From: Lachnospiraceae bacterium
GTDB taxonomy: Bacteria; Bacillota; Clostridia; Lachnospirales; Lachnospiraceae
Assembly (NCBI GenBank): GCA_047974745.1
Contig: JBKECO010000031.1
Span: forward strand, 33,478 to 97,477
Direction of reading: 5' to 3'
DNA: 64,000 nt
Under the pieces are notes generated by a model. That model made no database searches. It was not told the DNA's origin and was given only the letters and a program-made list of their open reading frames with translations. Position numbers and translations under genes: made by a program. Each line of letters starts with the position of its first letter. Position 1 is the stretch's first letter. This document shows, one piece after another, positions 37,748-47,503 of this stretch.

Positions 37748-40006
37748 TCAGACTCTCACCCGTATCGTCTTACTATAGGAACCATAGATTCTTTTACCAT
37801 TCTTCATGATATAGGATCTGGTTCTGATGTAGTATACTTTTTTCTTATTGAATTTTGAAATGATAACATGATCTTTTTTTTCGTTTTTAATATAGTAATT
37901 TTTCTTTTGTGAGGAAAAATCTCGTTTTCTGGAAATCTGTACCTGATATCCATCAGCCATGATATCTGTTTTTAGTTTTACCTTGATCTTACCATCTCCT
38001 GTAATCTCAGCCTTTGCTTTATTTCTTTTTGGCACCACAGTGAGCATTGCTTCTGCACTGCCATTTTCATCTGTCACCCTGATACGAACGATACCTGTTC
38101 GTTTGATCGTGACCTTTCCTGACCTCTTTCCGATTGTCGCTATTTTTCTATTCATGCTTTGATATTCAGGATTGCCTTCCAGATTTTGAACATCCAGATA
38201 AATGCATTTGTTTTTCTTATAGGATACTATTTTATCTGCTATGGAGAGTTCTTGTTTCACGACCTCAGGTTCTTCTGCTACCTCAACAGGTACTGGAAGA
38301 TCTGGCTTCACATACTCAGGTATATTTTTTCCAGGCTCTGCTTCCTCGATCGTGAAGAGAATATACATTGGACTAAAGTCATTATTTTTGTAGTTGTAAT
38401 AAAGTCCAATTCCCTCCACTACTATAGTAGCAATCCCTGCCCTGAAATTATGATAGTAATGGAGTGTATAATCCACATTTTCCTTAAGCAGAAGATTCTG
38501 ATATCTTATGATCGGTTTTGGACAGATGAATTCATCATCGTGTATCTTTTGTACTGGAATGGGATCCGCTTTTGCATCTGCAATGTGTGCCTGTACAATG
38601 ATTTCCATCTGCTCTTTTTTGATGATACCATCTTCCTCTACCTCTGCGTAAATTTGTGTAATACCTGGATATTTTCCAATCACATCCACACTATGATGTC
38701 TTATATCATTCAATTGTGCTATTTTAGGATCCTCTACTGACCATCTGACCGGATCTAAATAAGCCAGGCAGTCTTCCGGTAAAATTCGAACACCAATTGT
38801 AGCAGCCGCTTCACCGATTCGCGCAACGGTTCCATTGGGTACATAGATTTCCATTTCTGTCATCGGTTTCTTTATCACTAGGTTCAGCTGAATACTGTGA
38901 CCGCTCTCATCTTCGCCTGTAATAACGATTCTTCCTCCCTTCCTAGTACTAAGTAGACCATTCGACATGACGACAGCAGTCTCCGGATTGCTGCTAGTCC
39001 ATTTTATGGCATCTGTTGTGTCAGCAGGAAATATTTCCGCCAGCTCATAGAGTTTAACCATATCTTCAACATTACAGGTCAGCTCCATTTTGACGCTGCC
39101 ATCCACAAACTGCAGTTGAGTGGATGGATATCGTTCGATCATGACACTTACTTTATCCATTCCTGATGCGTATCCTGCCGTATCCTTCATCTTACTATCC
39201 AGCATTTCCTTGACAGAATCCAACTTTACCACATATGCAGACCCTATCGGCATGCCAAAAAAGATACCATCCAAATAATAAGCGGACTCTATCTTCGTCC
39301 TTTTTAAATACAAATGAAGGGGATTGACAAAATGGCAGAAGGATGCGGAAGAAAGGACATCGACAGTCTCAGGTACTATAATTTTCTTTAGGTATTTACT
39401 TTTCATAAAAGCGTACTGATGTACATAGTTGATTCCATTCGGAATAATATAATTCTCTCCTTCCCTTGAAGCAGGGTAGACCCAGATATTAGTACCAGCA
39501 TATAACACTCCATCTATGGAATAAAAGACTTCGCGGTTCGAGCCCGCTTCAATTGACCGCAGTGAGGGGACGAGGGAGAAAGCGATGGAAGATACTGCGC
39601 CAATGCTTTTTGGCAAAGTTAATGTTTCGATATTTCGCCGTTCCAGAAATGTACCGGAATTAAGTCCCATTACAATCATGTTCTGAGCAGTATCTGGAAT
39701 TGTTACATCAACATCATTGCCCAAATATCTCTCAACCCAAAGAAAATCTATTCCGCTGTATGTTTTGATCTCATATATAAAATCTCCCTCAGTAATCAGT
39801 CTTGGTTCTTCGGCTGTTCTCGAAAAGGATGAAGAAACTCTATCCAAAATTATTTCATCGCCCCGCATAAATTCGATGCTCTTCATATATTCTGAGTTCT
39901 GCATGACTTCGGCAGCCTGTACCTGCATTACATCCGTGCCTTGAATAGCAAGACCTGTAAATAGCATTAAGATCCATAATCCTTTAATTATCTTGAAGTA
40001 ATTCAT
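37748..40006 (-). CDS. Secreted surface protein with BspA-type leucine-rich repeats, Big_2 Ig-like domain(s) and an FN3-like C-terminus
   Basis: 752 aa with a signal peptide (ends ...VQAAE). LRR_5-like repeats are present (TLPKSIGAVSSIAFS...). A Big_2-like segment reads AIKWTSSNPETAVV. There is no LPXTG. The start overlaps the upstream gene by 23 nt. Confidence 0.75.
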   Translation of the reverse strand: MNYFKIIKGLWILMLFTGLAIQGTDVMQVQAAEVMQNSEYMKSIEFMRGDEIILDRVSSSFSRTAEEPRLITEGDFIYEIKTYSGIDFLWVERYLGNDVDVTIPDTAQNMIVMGLNSGTFLERRNIETLTLPKSIGAVSSIAFSLVPSLRSIEAGSNREVFYSIDGVLYAGTNIWVYPASREGENYIIPNGINYVHQYAFMKSKYLKKIIVPETVDVLSSASFCHFVNPLHLYLKRTKIESAYYLDGIFFGMPIGSAYVVKLDSVKEMLDSKMKDTAGYASGMDKVSVMIERYPSTQLQFVDGSVKMELTCNVEDMVKLYELAEIFPADTTDAIKWTSSNPETAVVMSNGLLSTRKGGRIVITGEDESGHSIQLNLVIKKPMTEMEIYVPNGTVARIGEAAATIGVRILPEDCLAYLDPVRWSVEDPKIAQLNDIRHHSVDVIGKYPGITQIYAEVEEDGIIKKEQMEIIVQAHIADAKADPIPVQKIHDDEFICPKPIIRYQNLLLKENVDYTLHYYHNFRAGIATIVVEGIGLYYNYKNNDFSPMYILFTIEEAEPGKNIPEYVKPDLPVPVEVAEEPEVVKQELSIADKIVSYKKNKCIYLDVQNLEGNPEYQSMNRKIATIGKRSGKVTIKRTGIVRIRVTDENGSAEAMLTVVPKRNKAKAEITGDGKIKVKLKTDIMADGYQVQISRKRDFSSQKKNYYIKNEKKDHVIISKFNKKKVYYIRTRSYIMKNGKRIYGSYSKTIRVRV

Positions 40007-43000
40007 GTTTTCCCTCTTTTCTCCCCTGTTCTAAAAATGTCTGATAGTACATTTCATTCGCCGTATTTGGTCCCAATTGTTTAATCCATTCCTGCATTTC
40101 CAGAATTTTTTCATGTGTGAATTCAAAACGACCTGCAAGATTCTCATATACTCCACTTCCCGGCACAGGGATCGGCGTGGCTCCTAGTGCCAATTCTGTT
40201 ACTCCTGGCTCGGTATATAAAATATCCTTTTTCTTTATATTCAGAACCTGCAGCAGATACTCTTGATACGCTCCCTCGCTCCAAATGGATGACGCATCCA
40301 CTGTCGGCAAAAAGTCCTTTGAAATGAACCGTGGATCGCCTAGATCGAAATTTTGTACTTCTGTATCAACAAGGAAAACGAAAATTGTTTTTTTCGAAAT
40401 ATTCCCCACCTGATCCGGCGCCTGGATCCAGATTGAAAAGCTGTCATCCGATTCGGCGCCGGTAAATTCAGTTTCCTGATAATCCAGGATCGCCTTCTCG
40501 CAGTTCGGCGTATCATCAAGAACCTGTATACAATCTAGAATATACTGCTCCGTCAATACTCCATTTCTGGCATCCTCCAGCGAAAAGTACAGATCTGATG
40601 CCAAAATCTGAGGGAAGGAATCCCATACTGCATAAAAATTAAGGAAAGGCATACGGTTTGTCGAAAACTCCTCGGGTATTGGCAACGGATCTTGTCCACC
40701 CTCTGCAGAATAATAGTCTGCTGAGGGTGCACCAATGGAAAGACCCATCTTATTAGAAAGATGCTTTTCATTTGAAGCCTCCGCAAACAGAATATGCCCA
40801 TGTACTGGATCCTTCGTATAAATCATACTGTCTCTTTGGGCATACCTGTCTTTTTCCAGGCTCCATCCAATCAGCTGATAGGGTATTGTCTCCAACATCT
40901 CATTTCCATTTATATCCGTAGAACTGCCTGTTCTAAGATCGATCGTCTGTCTCTCGTCATATTTTTCAAAATGCATACCGCCTGCTTGCGTATTACCCTT
41001 GTCGTTACTTGAAAACATCACAGAGTCAAATATAGAATCAATCTGCTCCAGATAATTACCTCCCGCATTCTGTCCATTGCCAATAAAAACGATCTGGAAT
41101 GAAGTATCCCACTGTGCATAGAGTACACAATCTCCGTTCTCTGTTATCTCATATACAGGGCGTTTCTTTGATAGAACAAGATCCTGCTCGCCGTTAATCT
41201 CTGGTGTGAGGCTCCATCCAAGGAATCGATATGCTTTCTCAAAGATAGGGTCTGTAACTCTTGCCTCCTCATAGTTGAGTGTCATACTTTTTCCTGTACT
41301 TTTCCATTGGATATCTGGTACCTTAACATTGCCAAGATTCACGACTGCCAGATCATTCTTATTTACGTTGCCAAGAAATCTGACAGCTTCATAGGGACGC
41401 CAATGGGCATGTACCGTTGTATCTGCAGCAAAATATGTAAATTCTGCATACCCGCCTATTTTTGAAAGCAGCTCTCCGTTCTGCCCAATGAAAGCGGTGC
41501 CTTTTCCCTCTTTTTCCGTAAAGTATCCCATGAACTGATATTTTCTTTTACCACCTGGAAGTGAAGAATCCTCAGCATATTTTATTGGAACTGTGATCCT
41601 ATTATTTAAAAAAATTTGATTTAATTCTTTATCTGCAAAATATCCGATAGTATATTTCTGATAAACATATTTTGTTGGCCTATTGCTTTGCTCACTACCA
41701 GGTGCATTTAGGTTTATTAAGAAAGTCCCTGGCATCCATACTGGTGTGAATACCACTGAGGTATTCGTGGTATAGGCAGATCCACATTGATATTCTTTTC
41801 CATCAGAACACTTCCAACCAGTCAGAATATATCCCCTTTTTGTGATCTGATCCTGCGCAGGTGTTCTTCCAGACCCACTACCCCATTCTGCGCTCAGGTC
41901 GATTGTAGCACCATGCACAGATGTGAGGTTTATAATAGACTGGTTTTCGGAAAAAAGTGTACTCCGGTCTCTTCTCCATCCCAAAAAACTTCTATATAGT
42001 GACTGGTTTCTGACAGAGGGATCTCGTGGGACTTCATCTGCTCCCAGCCTGAACTCTGCTGTTATAGGAAAGTTGAAATAATTCCTGGAAAGCCAGCTAC
42101 TCTTATTATAAACATGTGTTGTTGCAGCAGTCTTTCCCTTACCCCCACCCGGGTTATATTTTATGATATATTGATTTGGTGCAAAGTATCGCCTGACAGA
42201 CTGTGAATTTACAAGCTGCTTTGGTGCATAGTAATTAGCTTCTGTATCCGATTCAAAATGATACCCTGTATACGGAGATGAAATGCCCCACATTCTGCCT
42301 TGCACCAGAGTATCTGGGTATAGCCTCTTCATATTGATGCCAGAACTGCCTGCCTTTAGACCAGTATCAGAATAATAATCCTCAGATTTGGCTGTGACAG
42401 AATACGGTTTCTGATGTATTTTCGCTATGGCATGCACACTATTAGGATCATCGATCCATTTTACTCCATTGTGGATTGATCCTTGCCCCGTATTGGTCGC
42501 ATTGATCTGTAGTGTAAAACTTCTTCTCCTATCATCGATCTCAGCTTCAGATCGAAGCGTGTCCTTAGCTCCGGCAGAATTATTGATATCATATTCTCTT
42601 GTATTAAGCCTAAATCCTGATCGATAGTGCTCGATCGAAAACTTCTGATCATGGAACTCTTTCGTCAGATAGGAGAGATCAACCGTATATACACTATATT
42701 TCATATTTGTTTCGGCAGAATCTCCGCCCTGCTTTCTCTTCGAAGTACTGCGATCCAGCTTTAGATTAAAATAATCGGAAGGATTCAGGCTGCCATCCTG
42801 CCTGTATTTATTATCAATCGTCATTGTCACACGTCTGTCCTGATCTCCCGATGCATGGTTGATCAGATTGATCTTGTAATCTGTGCGGACATCTCCCCTT
42901 TGTGCAGGATCCTGACTGTAATAATAATTTCCACATGACATCTTAAGCCAAAAGTACCCACTCAAATGTCCAATATCCAGGCCGGCCGATGTGTGAAATT

Positions 43001-44246
43001 CTCCCAGATCCAGCGTGAGATAGTATTCATATTTTTTGGTACCCAGCACTATTGTGGGATCATTCGTCAAAAGAGGTTCCTTTAAATCTTCTAATCGATG
43101 AAGCAGCAGCTCCAGTTTATCCGAATTTGCCTGAACAAAACCAGCGATCTCTGTAATATCAGAATTCACATAGGCTCGTATCAGCTGATCCTCTGTACAG
43201 CTCTCCCAGTCCTTTAATGAAAGAAGTGTCCGTTCCGAGGTTTCTGCAGAAAAATTCACCCTGTTCCCTGCTATTTCAGCACCCAGATATCCATGCCCGG
43301 TATATAGATCCCATCCTTCGACACCCTGATCTGTTGCATCTTCCACCAGTCGACGTTCCAGTTCTTCGGGATTTAGATGAATTTCTTCTGATTTTATCAT
43401 AGCCGCAATGGCTGTTACCTGCGCTGCTGCATAGGAAGTACCTTCTTGCACCCCCTCTGGCTCCACTCCATCTGAGACAAAATCCAGTGTTTTTCCATAA
43501 TTGGAAAAATCCGCTCTCTGTCCATCCTTACCTAATGCTCCCACAACTATGACCTGGTCTAAATCAGACGGTGAGTAATTCATGGTATTTCCACCTTCAT
43601 TTCCAGCGGACACAATGACCGTAATTCCACTCTCGACTGCTAAAAGCAGTGACTCACTGATCTTTTCTGTTGTTTTTCCGGCTATGCTGTTCATACTAAG
43701 ATTAATAATGTGTACCCCTTCTGACATTGCCGCCTCAATTGCAAGCGAAACGGATTCAGCAGAAGCCTCACCCATTTGGTCAGCTGCTTTTATAGGCATG
43801 ATTTTTACATTTTCATCTGAGTAGGATGCAATGATTCTGCATATTTGAGAGCCATGACCATTTAAATCAAATACAGTGTCATCCTTTGTAAAATTGTAGT
43901 TGGTATGGAGCATTCTGTTATGTGGAATTGGAATGGACTCCGCTGCTCCTGTATCTATTACCCCAACGATTACATCTTTGCGCTTTTCTTCTTCGATTAC
44001 TGTGTTAGCTTCTATGTCTCTCCCCGATTCAACCTCTGATTCTTCTGTGCTTGGTACTGATCCTTCATCTGCCTCGTAAAAGTATTCTTGCACTGAATTT
44101 ATATTTGAATCTTTAGAAATTTTATAGACTCCCTTCTCACCCCTGAGATCTGCATACGTTCTAAGAGAATCACTCCCAGAGGAAAGAAGTTCGACAAGTA
44201 TCATCAACGTACAAATCAGCCTTGTGATCACTTTTTTCATATTCAA
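39984..44246 (-). CDS. Giant secreted S8 (subtilisin-like) serine peptidase with multiple Listeria-Bacteroides (InlB B-type) repeats
   Basis: 1420 aa with a signal peptide. The catalytic triad context is VGVIDTGA / NGHGSQ / GTSYAAA. Downstream aromatic-GW/GY repeat motifs are FLGWRRD, LTGWKCSDG, FMGYFTEKEG, FLGWSLTPE and LIGWSLEKD. There is no sortase motif. Confidence 0.85.
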   Translation of the reverse strand: MNMKKVITRLICTLMILVELLSSGSDSLRTYADLRGEKGVYKISKDSNINSVQEYFYEADEGSVPSTEESEVESGRDIEANTVIEEEKRKDVIVGVIDTGAAESIPIPHNRMLHTNYNFTKDDTVFDLNGHGSQICRIIASYSDENVKIMPIKAADQMGEASAESVSLAIEAAMSEGVHIINLSMNSIAGKTTEKISESLLLAVESGITVIVSAGNEGGNTMNYSPSDLDQVIVVGALGKDGQRADFSNYGKTLDFVSDGVEPEGVQEGTSYAAAQVTAIAAMIKSEEIHLNPEELERRLVEDATDQGVEGWDLYTGHGYLGAEIAGNRVNFSAETSERTLLSLKDWESCTEDQLIRAYVNSDITEIAGFVQANSDKLELLLHRLEDLKEPLLTNDPTIVLGTKKYEYYLTLDLGEFHTSAGLDIGHLSGYFWLKMSCGNYYYSQDPAQRGDVRTDYKINLINHASGDQDRRVTMTIDNKYRQDGSLNPSDYFNLKLDRSTSKRKQGGDSAETNMKYSVYTVDLSYLTKEFHDQKFSIEHYRSGFRLNTREYDINNSAGAKDTLRSEAEIDDRRRSFTLQINATNTGQGSIHNGVKWIDDPNSVHAIAKIHQKPYSVTAKSEDYYSDTGLKAGSSGINMKRLYPDTLVQGRMWGISSPYTGYHFESDTEANYYAPKQLVNSQSVRRYFAPNQYIIKYNPGGGKGKTAATTHVYNKSSWLSRNYFNFPITAEFRLGADEVPRDPSVRNQSLYRSFLGWRRDRSTLFSENQSIINLTSVHGATIDLSAEWGSGSGRTPAQDQITKRGYILTGWKCSDGKEYQCGSAYTTNTSVVFTPVWMPGTFLINLNAPGSEQSNRPTKYVYQKYTIGYFADKELNQIFLNNRITVPIKYAEDSSLPGGKRKYQFMGYFTEKEGKGTAFIGQNGELLSKIGGYAEFTYFAADTTVHAHWRPYEAVRFLGNVNKNDLAVVNLGNVKVPDIQWKSTGKSMTLNYEEARVTDPIFEKAYRFLGWSLTPEINGEQDLVLSKKRPVYEITENGDCVLYAQWDTSFQIVFIGNGQNAGGNYLEQIDSIFDSVMFSSNDKGNTQAGGMHFEKYDERQTIDLRTGSSTDINGNEMLETIPYQLIGWSLEKDRYAQRDSMIYTKDPVHGHILFAEASNEKHLSNKMGLSIGAPSADYYSAEGGQDPLPIPEEFSTNRMPFLNFYAVWDSFPQILASDLYFSLEDARNGVLTEQYILDCIQVLDDTPNCEKAILDYQETEFTGAESDDSFSIWIQAPDQVGNISKKTIFVFLVDTEVQNFDLGDPRFISKDFLPTVDASSIWSEGAYQEYLLQVLNIKKKDILYTEPGVTELALGATPIPVPGSGVYENLAGRFEFTHEKILEMQEWIKQLGPNTANEMYYQTFLEQGRKEGKHELLQDN

Positions 44247-44258
44247 ACCCTTCTCCCG

Positions 44259-44885
44259 TTAATTAAATTTTGCCGTAAATACCCGATCTCCATGCAGTAT
44301 AACAGCTGATCCTTCCTGATCTGTTGCGACCTCCCTCTTAACACCTGTCACATCACCTGTCTCGGTCAAAAATGTCTGCGCATTTCCTGTTTCATTCGTC
44401 CAGCCAAGAAAGGATTGTCCAGATCGTGCTGGATCCTTTGGTTTTGGTATGTGAGAACCTTCTTCAAGACCATATTGCTTATAGATATCACCTGTAGGAT
44501 ACAGATAGGTCACTGTATAATTTACCGGTTCAAACTCTATTTCACGATCCAGAATAATGGTACGGAGTTCAGAAATTCTTCCTATTTTTCCATTTGGATA
44601 AGAATATGTCATAAGTACATCAGCCGATAGAATACCCATTTCTGGATCCGCAGATAGAATTTCGACCTTTAGATCAGATTCACTGTGTATTCCAGATATA
44701 AGACTTTGCATGAAAATAGAAATGAATTCCTCCTGGGACATTCCACCATCATCCTGTACCAAAGCAAGCTCACGAATCGTCAGATCCAAAGCTGCCGCAA
44801 GCTCCTGTCGCAGTTCATTTTCCCGAAGGGTCTTAGAAGAAACAGATAGGAGCATAACAAAGCCAAGAAGAATGGATACAAACAA
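44259..44885 (-). CDS. Membrane-anchored protein with one Listeria-Bacteroides-type repeat
   Basis: 208 aa with a TTG start after GGGGGA. It has an N-terminal hydrophobic helix and the C-terminal motif GQSFLGWTNETGNA. Confidence 0.6.
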   Translation of the reverse strand: MFVSILLGFVMLLSVSSKTLRENELRQELAAALDLTIRELALVQDDGGMSQEEFISIFMQSLISGIHSESDLKVEILSADPEMGILSADVLMTYSYPNGKIGRISELRTIILDREIEFEPVNYTVTYLYPTGDIYKQYGLEEGSHIPKPKDPARSGQSFLGWTNETGNAQTFLTETGDVTGVKREVATDQEGSAVILHGDRVFTAKFN

Positions 44886-44899
44886 AATTCCCCCATATA

Positions 44900-45403
44900 T
44901 TATGTGCCTGATACGAACACCTCCCGTGCACCCAGAATGGGAATCCGGAAAAACACTGTCGTTCTTTTTCCACGATCATCTTGTGCACTGACTCGAATTT
45001 TATAGACCCCGGCTGTCGGAAAGCGAAAACTGTTTTGATTTTCTGCATCTGGGATCCAAAGACTGTTTCCCTCTGCATCCCAGATGTCATGAATTTTTAT
45101 GACAACATTTTCACTTTTATAATCCACTCCATAGAACCAGTGCTCCAGATCATAGTCCTGATCAGCAAATGCATTTTCCCGCATGTAAAATATATCTGGA
45201 TTCCCAACTTCCACCTTGACCTCCGGTCGCATATGACCAGTAAGATTGTTCCTGCGTACTGTTTGTGTTATACGATCAGCAAACACCGGTATCAGTCCTT
45301 TCCTCCCCTGAATATCTACAGCATTAAAAATCAAAAACAGTATGGCCGTGCCTGCTGCGATCGAAATTACAACTCTTCCATATTCTTGAAATAATAGCTT
45401 CAT
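44900..45403 (-). CDS. Flp-like minor pilin/pseudopilin with a C-terminal beta-rich (Ig/PKD-like) domain
   Basis: 167 aa. The N-terminus MKLLFQEYGRVVISIAAGTAILFLIF carries the EYG-plus-hydrophobic-helix motif shared with three neighbouring small ORFs. The C-terminus GVYKIRVSAQDDRGKRT is PKD-like. Confidence 0.6.
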   Translation of the reverse strand: MKLLFQEYGRVVISIAAGTAILFLIFNAVDIQGRKGLIPVFADRITQTVRRNNLTGHMRPEVKVEVGNPDIFYMRENAFADQDYDLEHWFYGVDYKSENVVIKIHDIWDAEGNSLWIPDAENQNSFRFPTAGVYKIRVSAQDDRGKRTTVFFRIPILGAREVFVSGT

Positions 45404-45415
45404 GTTTCCTCCCTG

Positions 45416-45547
45416 CTAAACGATCCTTTGTCCCCAAATATATAGAAACTGCCAGAGCAGTCCGTTTCTTTCTATCATAGCTGCAATGACAGAAATGATA
45501 CCGATGGTCGCACTTGCAGCCAATATCATTCCCCCATATTCCTCCAT
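45416..45547 (-). CDS. Small Flp-like pilin (43 aa), below the ORF-track length cutoff
   Basis: Hand-translated as MEEYGGMILAASATIGIISVIAAMIERNGLLWQFLYIWGQRIV. It fills an otherwise empty gap inside a tightly packed operon. An alternative TTG start lies 12 nt upstream, after GAGGGTG. Confidence 0.5.
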   Translation of the reverse strand: MEEYGGMILAASATIGIISVIAAMIERNGLLWQFLYIWGQRIV

Positions 45548-45579
45548 TACTTCTGTCAACCTATTCACCCTCTCTCGAA

Positions 45580-45684
45580 CTAAGAAGTTAACATGTTTAA
45601 TATAATTCCAAGCGCCAGAAACATAGAAGCACCAGTAATCATATACAACAATGCTGATCCATATTCTTCCATTATTTTCCTCAT
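45580..45684 (-). CDS. Small Flp-like pilin (34 aa), below the ORF-track length cutoff
   Basis: Hand-translated as MRKIMEEYGSALLYMITGASMFLALGIILNMLTS. A GAGGT RBS lies about 9 nt upstream. The gene starts 8 nt after the upstream stop. Confidence 0.5.
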   Translation of the reverse strand: MRKIMEEYGSALLYMITGASMFLALGIILNMLTS

Positions 45685-45691
45685 GTGTACC

Positions 45692-46063
45692 TTACCTCGT
45701 ATATCCTCTGAAGGTACAATTAATCTCATCAGAAAAAGGATTCGGCCTATACAAAAAAGTCAGCTGGACTTCAGCCATCTTTATCTTTGCAGGCATGGAT
45801 CCACCACTATTGTCTGCTATAATAGCCTGCCCTTTTTCATCATACCCTTGTACATTCAGAAGATAATTTCTATTCTCTGCCTCCTGAATACAGTTGCTCA
45901 TCACATTACTGTCAAAGTCACTGTTTTCCAAAACAGAGATAACATCATTTTTAAAATCCTGTGCATTTGAAACCTCAATCTGAGCACCAAGCATCCCCCC
46001 TGCTGTAAATAAAAAGAAAATCAACATGAAGAATCCAAGGTATATTTTAATGACTACCTCCAT
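45692..46063 (-). CDS. Membrane-anchored pilus-accessory protein (DUF4320/TadE-like position)
   Basis: 123 aa with a GGGAGGAGGGG RBS, an N-terminal hydrophobic helix, and a small globular domain. Confidence 0.5.
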   Translation of the reverse strand: MEVVIKIYLGFFMLIFFLFTAGGMLGAQIEVSNAQDFKNDVISVLENSDFDSNVMSNCIQEAENRNYLLNVQGYDEKGQAIIADNSGGSMPAKIKMAEVQLTFLYRPNPFSDEINCTFRGYTR

Positions 46064-46075
46064 ATCCCCTCCTCC

Positions 46076-47503
46076 CTACGTGCTTATTGATCCAAGATAG
46101 GAAATGACCAGAAAACTCATATCCGCCATCATTTTCAGCATTCCGAGAAAAGCCGGAACTAAGAACAAAAGATACATGGCTGCCATCTTGTCTTCATTGA
46201 TTAAACTTTCAGACTGCAGTAACAGTTCTCTGTTTCTCTCTAAAATCTCGCCTGTCTGCTGCTGTACATCTCCGCTTCCCTGCGTGACAGCATAGAGCAT
46301 GCCCATTGCTGAGGTTATCTCAGGAATTGAAAATTCTTTTAAAAACTCAGTATATGGATAGTTGGATTCTGGATATTCCTGAATCTGGATCCATAATCTT
46401 CTGATAGCCGGCTGTAGAACCGGTTCTGAAACATTCATGCTTTTTTGAATCGATATTGCTACATTTTCTGTCTGCATCAGAAGGGAAAGTTCTGTGATCC
46501 ATTGTGGAAAAAATTTTCGAATCTCCCGACTGGCACTTTTTTTCACAAGATGAAATCCTAGTTGATGCTGCATAAAAAGTATAGATGAAAGTGCCGCCAT
46601 GAAGCCGGATAAAACTTTTAACCCAGTAATCCAAAGAGCAGCGGAAACCAAAGCTGCACCGGTGCCTGCTATCAGACTGGTGCGCATTTCTTTCTTTTTA
46701 TTGAAATTCTTTACTTTCCAGTAGAGCTCTTCTCCATTTCTCTTCTTCCGGTTTCCATGCTCCTGCTGGGATTTTAAAATCTTCTTCTCAGCCTGAATAT
46801 AAACGACAAGTTCAAGAGTGATGTATAGCAGTGTTGAGAGCTGATAGACAAGAGAATTAGTAAATTCGGCATTTTTCGTCACTTTTGAAGTGAAAATTGG
46901 AGTGATCAGGCATAGTAGTGACGATAGCACAATAGACATTAGAACATTTCTTTTTCCCTGCCTGCAACTATTTTGATATACACGACTCTGCTTCTCCCAG
47001 ATATTTCTGTCAGCAAGTAGGACCACAATGGCACTTTCATATTCTCCGCCGTGCTTCTCAACATTTAACATGAGTCTGTGAATACTGTTCATTCTCTGAT
47101 TTGGGTATTCCTTTTCCATCATTTGTAATGCCTTTTGTTGAACATCTTGCTCAGTATAGGCCGTTTTTAAAAAATGGACAGCTCTGCCTATCACCCGTTT
47201 CATTTTTCCCTCAGAAAAAATTCGTTCAACATCTGTGAGGGCATTACCTATTTTGGGATTCATGCGAAAGCTATATAGTATCTGCTCCATATATAAATTG
47301 ACATCGAGAAAATCCTGTTCAAATGCTTTTGTTCTGCACTGTATCCCACGCAGTATACATGCAAAGACCAGTACTTCTGCGATCGAAACAATTAAAAACA
47401 CATGGGTTAGCTGAAACAGTTTGCCCAATACAGTGGCGGCGATCATCACAAATAGAAAGAATGGGATGTCTGATTTTTGAAACCGTTGCCCTGGTCTACC
47501 CAT
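46076..47503 (-). CDS. Type II secretion system F-family platform protein (fused TadB/TadC-like)
   Basis: The ATG at 47503 follows AGGAGG and overlaps the ATPase gene stop by 8 nt. The protein is polytopic with two T2SSF-like halves. Confidence 0.7.
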   Translation of the reverse strand: MGRPGQRFQKSDIPFFLFVMIAATVLGKLFQLTHVFLIVSIAEVLVFACILRGIQCRTKAFEQDFLDVNLYMEQILYSFRMNPKIGNALTDVERIFSEGKMKRVIGRAVHFLKTAYTEQDVQQKALQMMEKEYPNQRMNSIHRLMLNVEKHGGEYESAIVVLLADRNIWEKQSRVYQNSCRQGKRNVLMSIVLSSLLCLITPIFTSKVTKNAEFTNSLVYQLSTLLYITLELVVYIQAEKKILKSQQEHGNRKKRNGEELYWKVKNFNKKKEMRTSLIAGTGAALVSAALWITGLKVLSGFMAALSSILFMQHQLGFHLVKKSASREIRKFFPQWITELSLLMQTENVAISIQKSMNVSEPVLQPAIRRLWIQIQEYPESNYPYTEFLKEFSIPEITSAMGMLYAVTQGSGDVQQQTGEILERNRELLLQSESLINEDKMAAMYLLFLVPAFLGMLKMMADMSFLVISYLGSIST

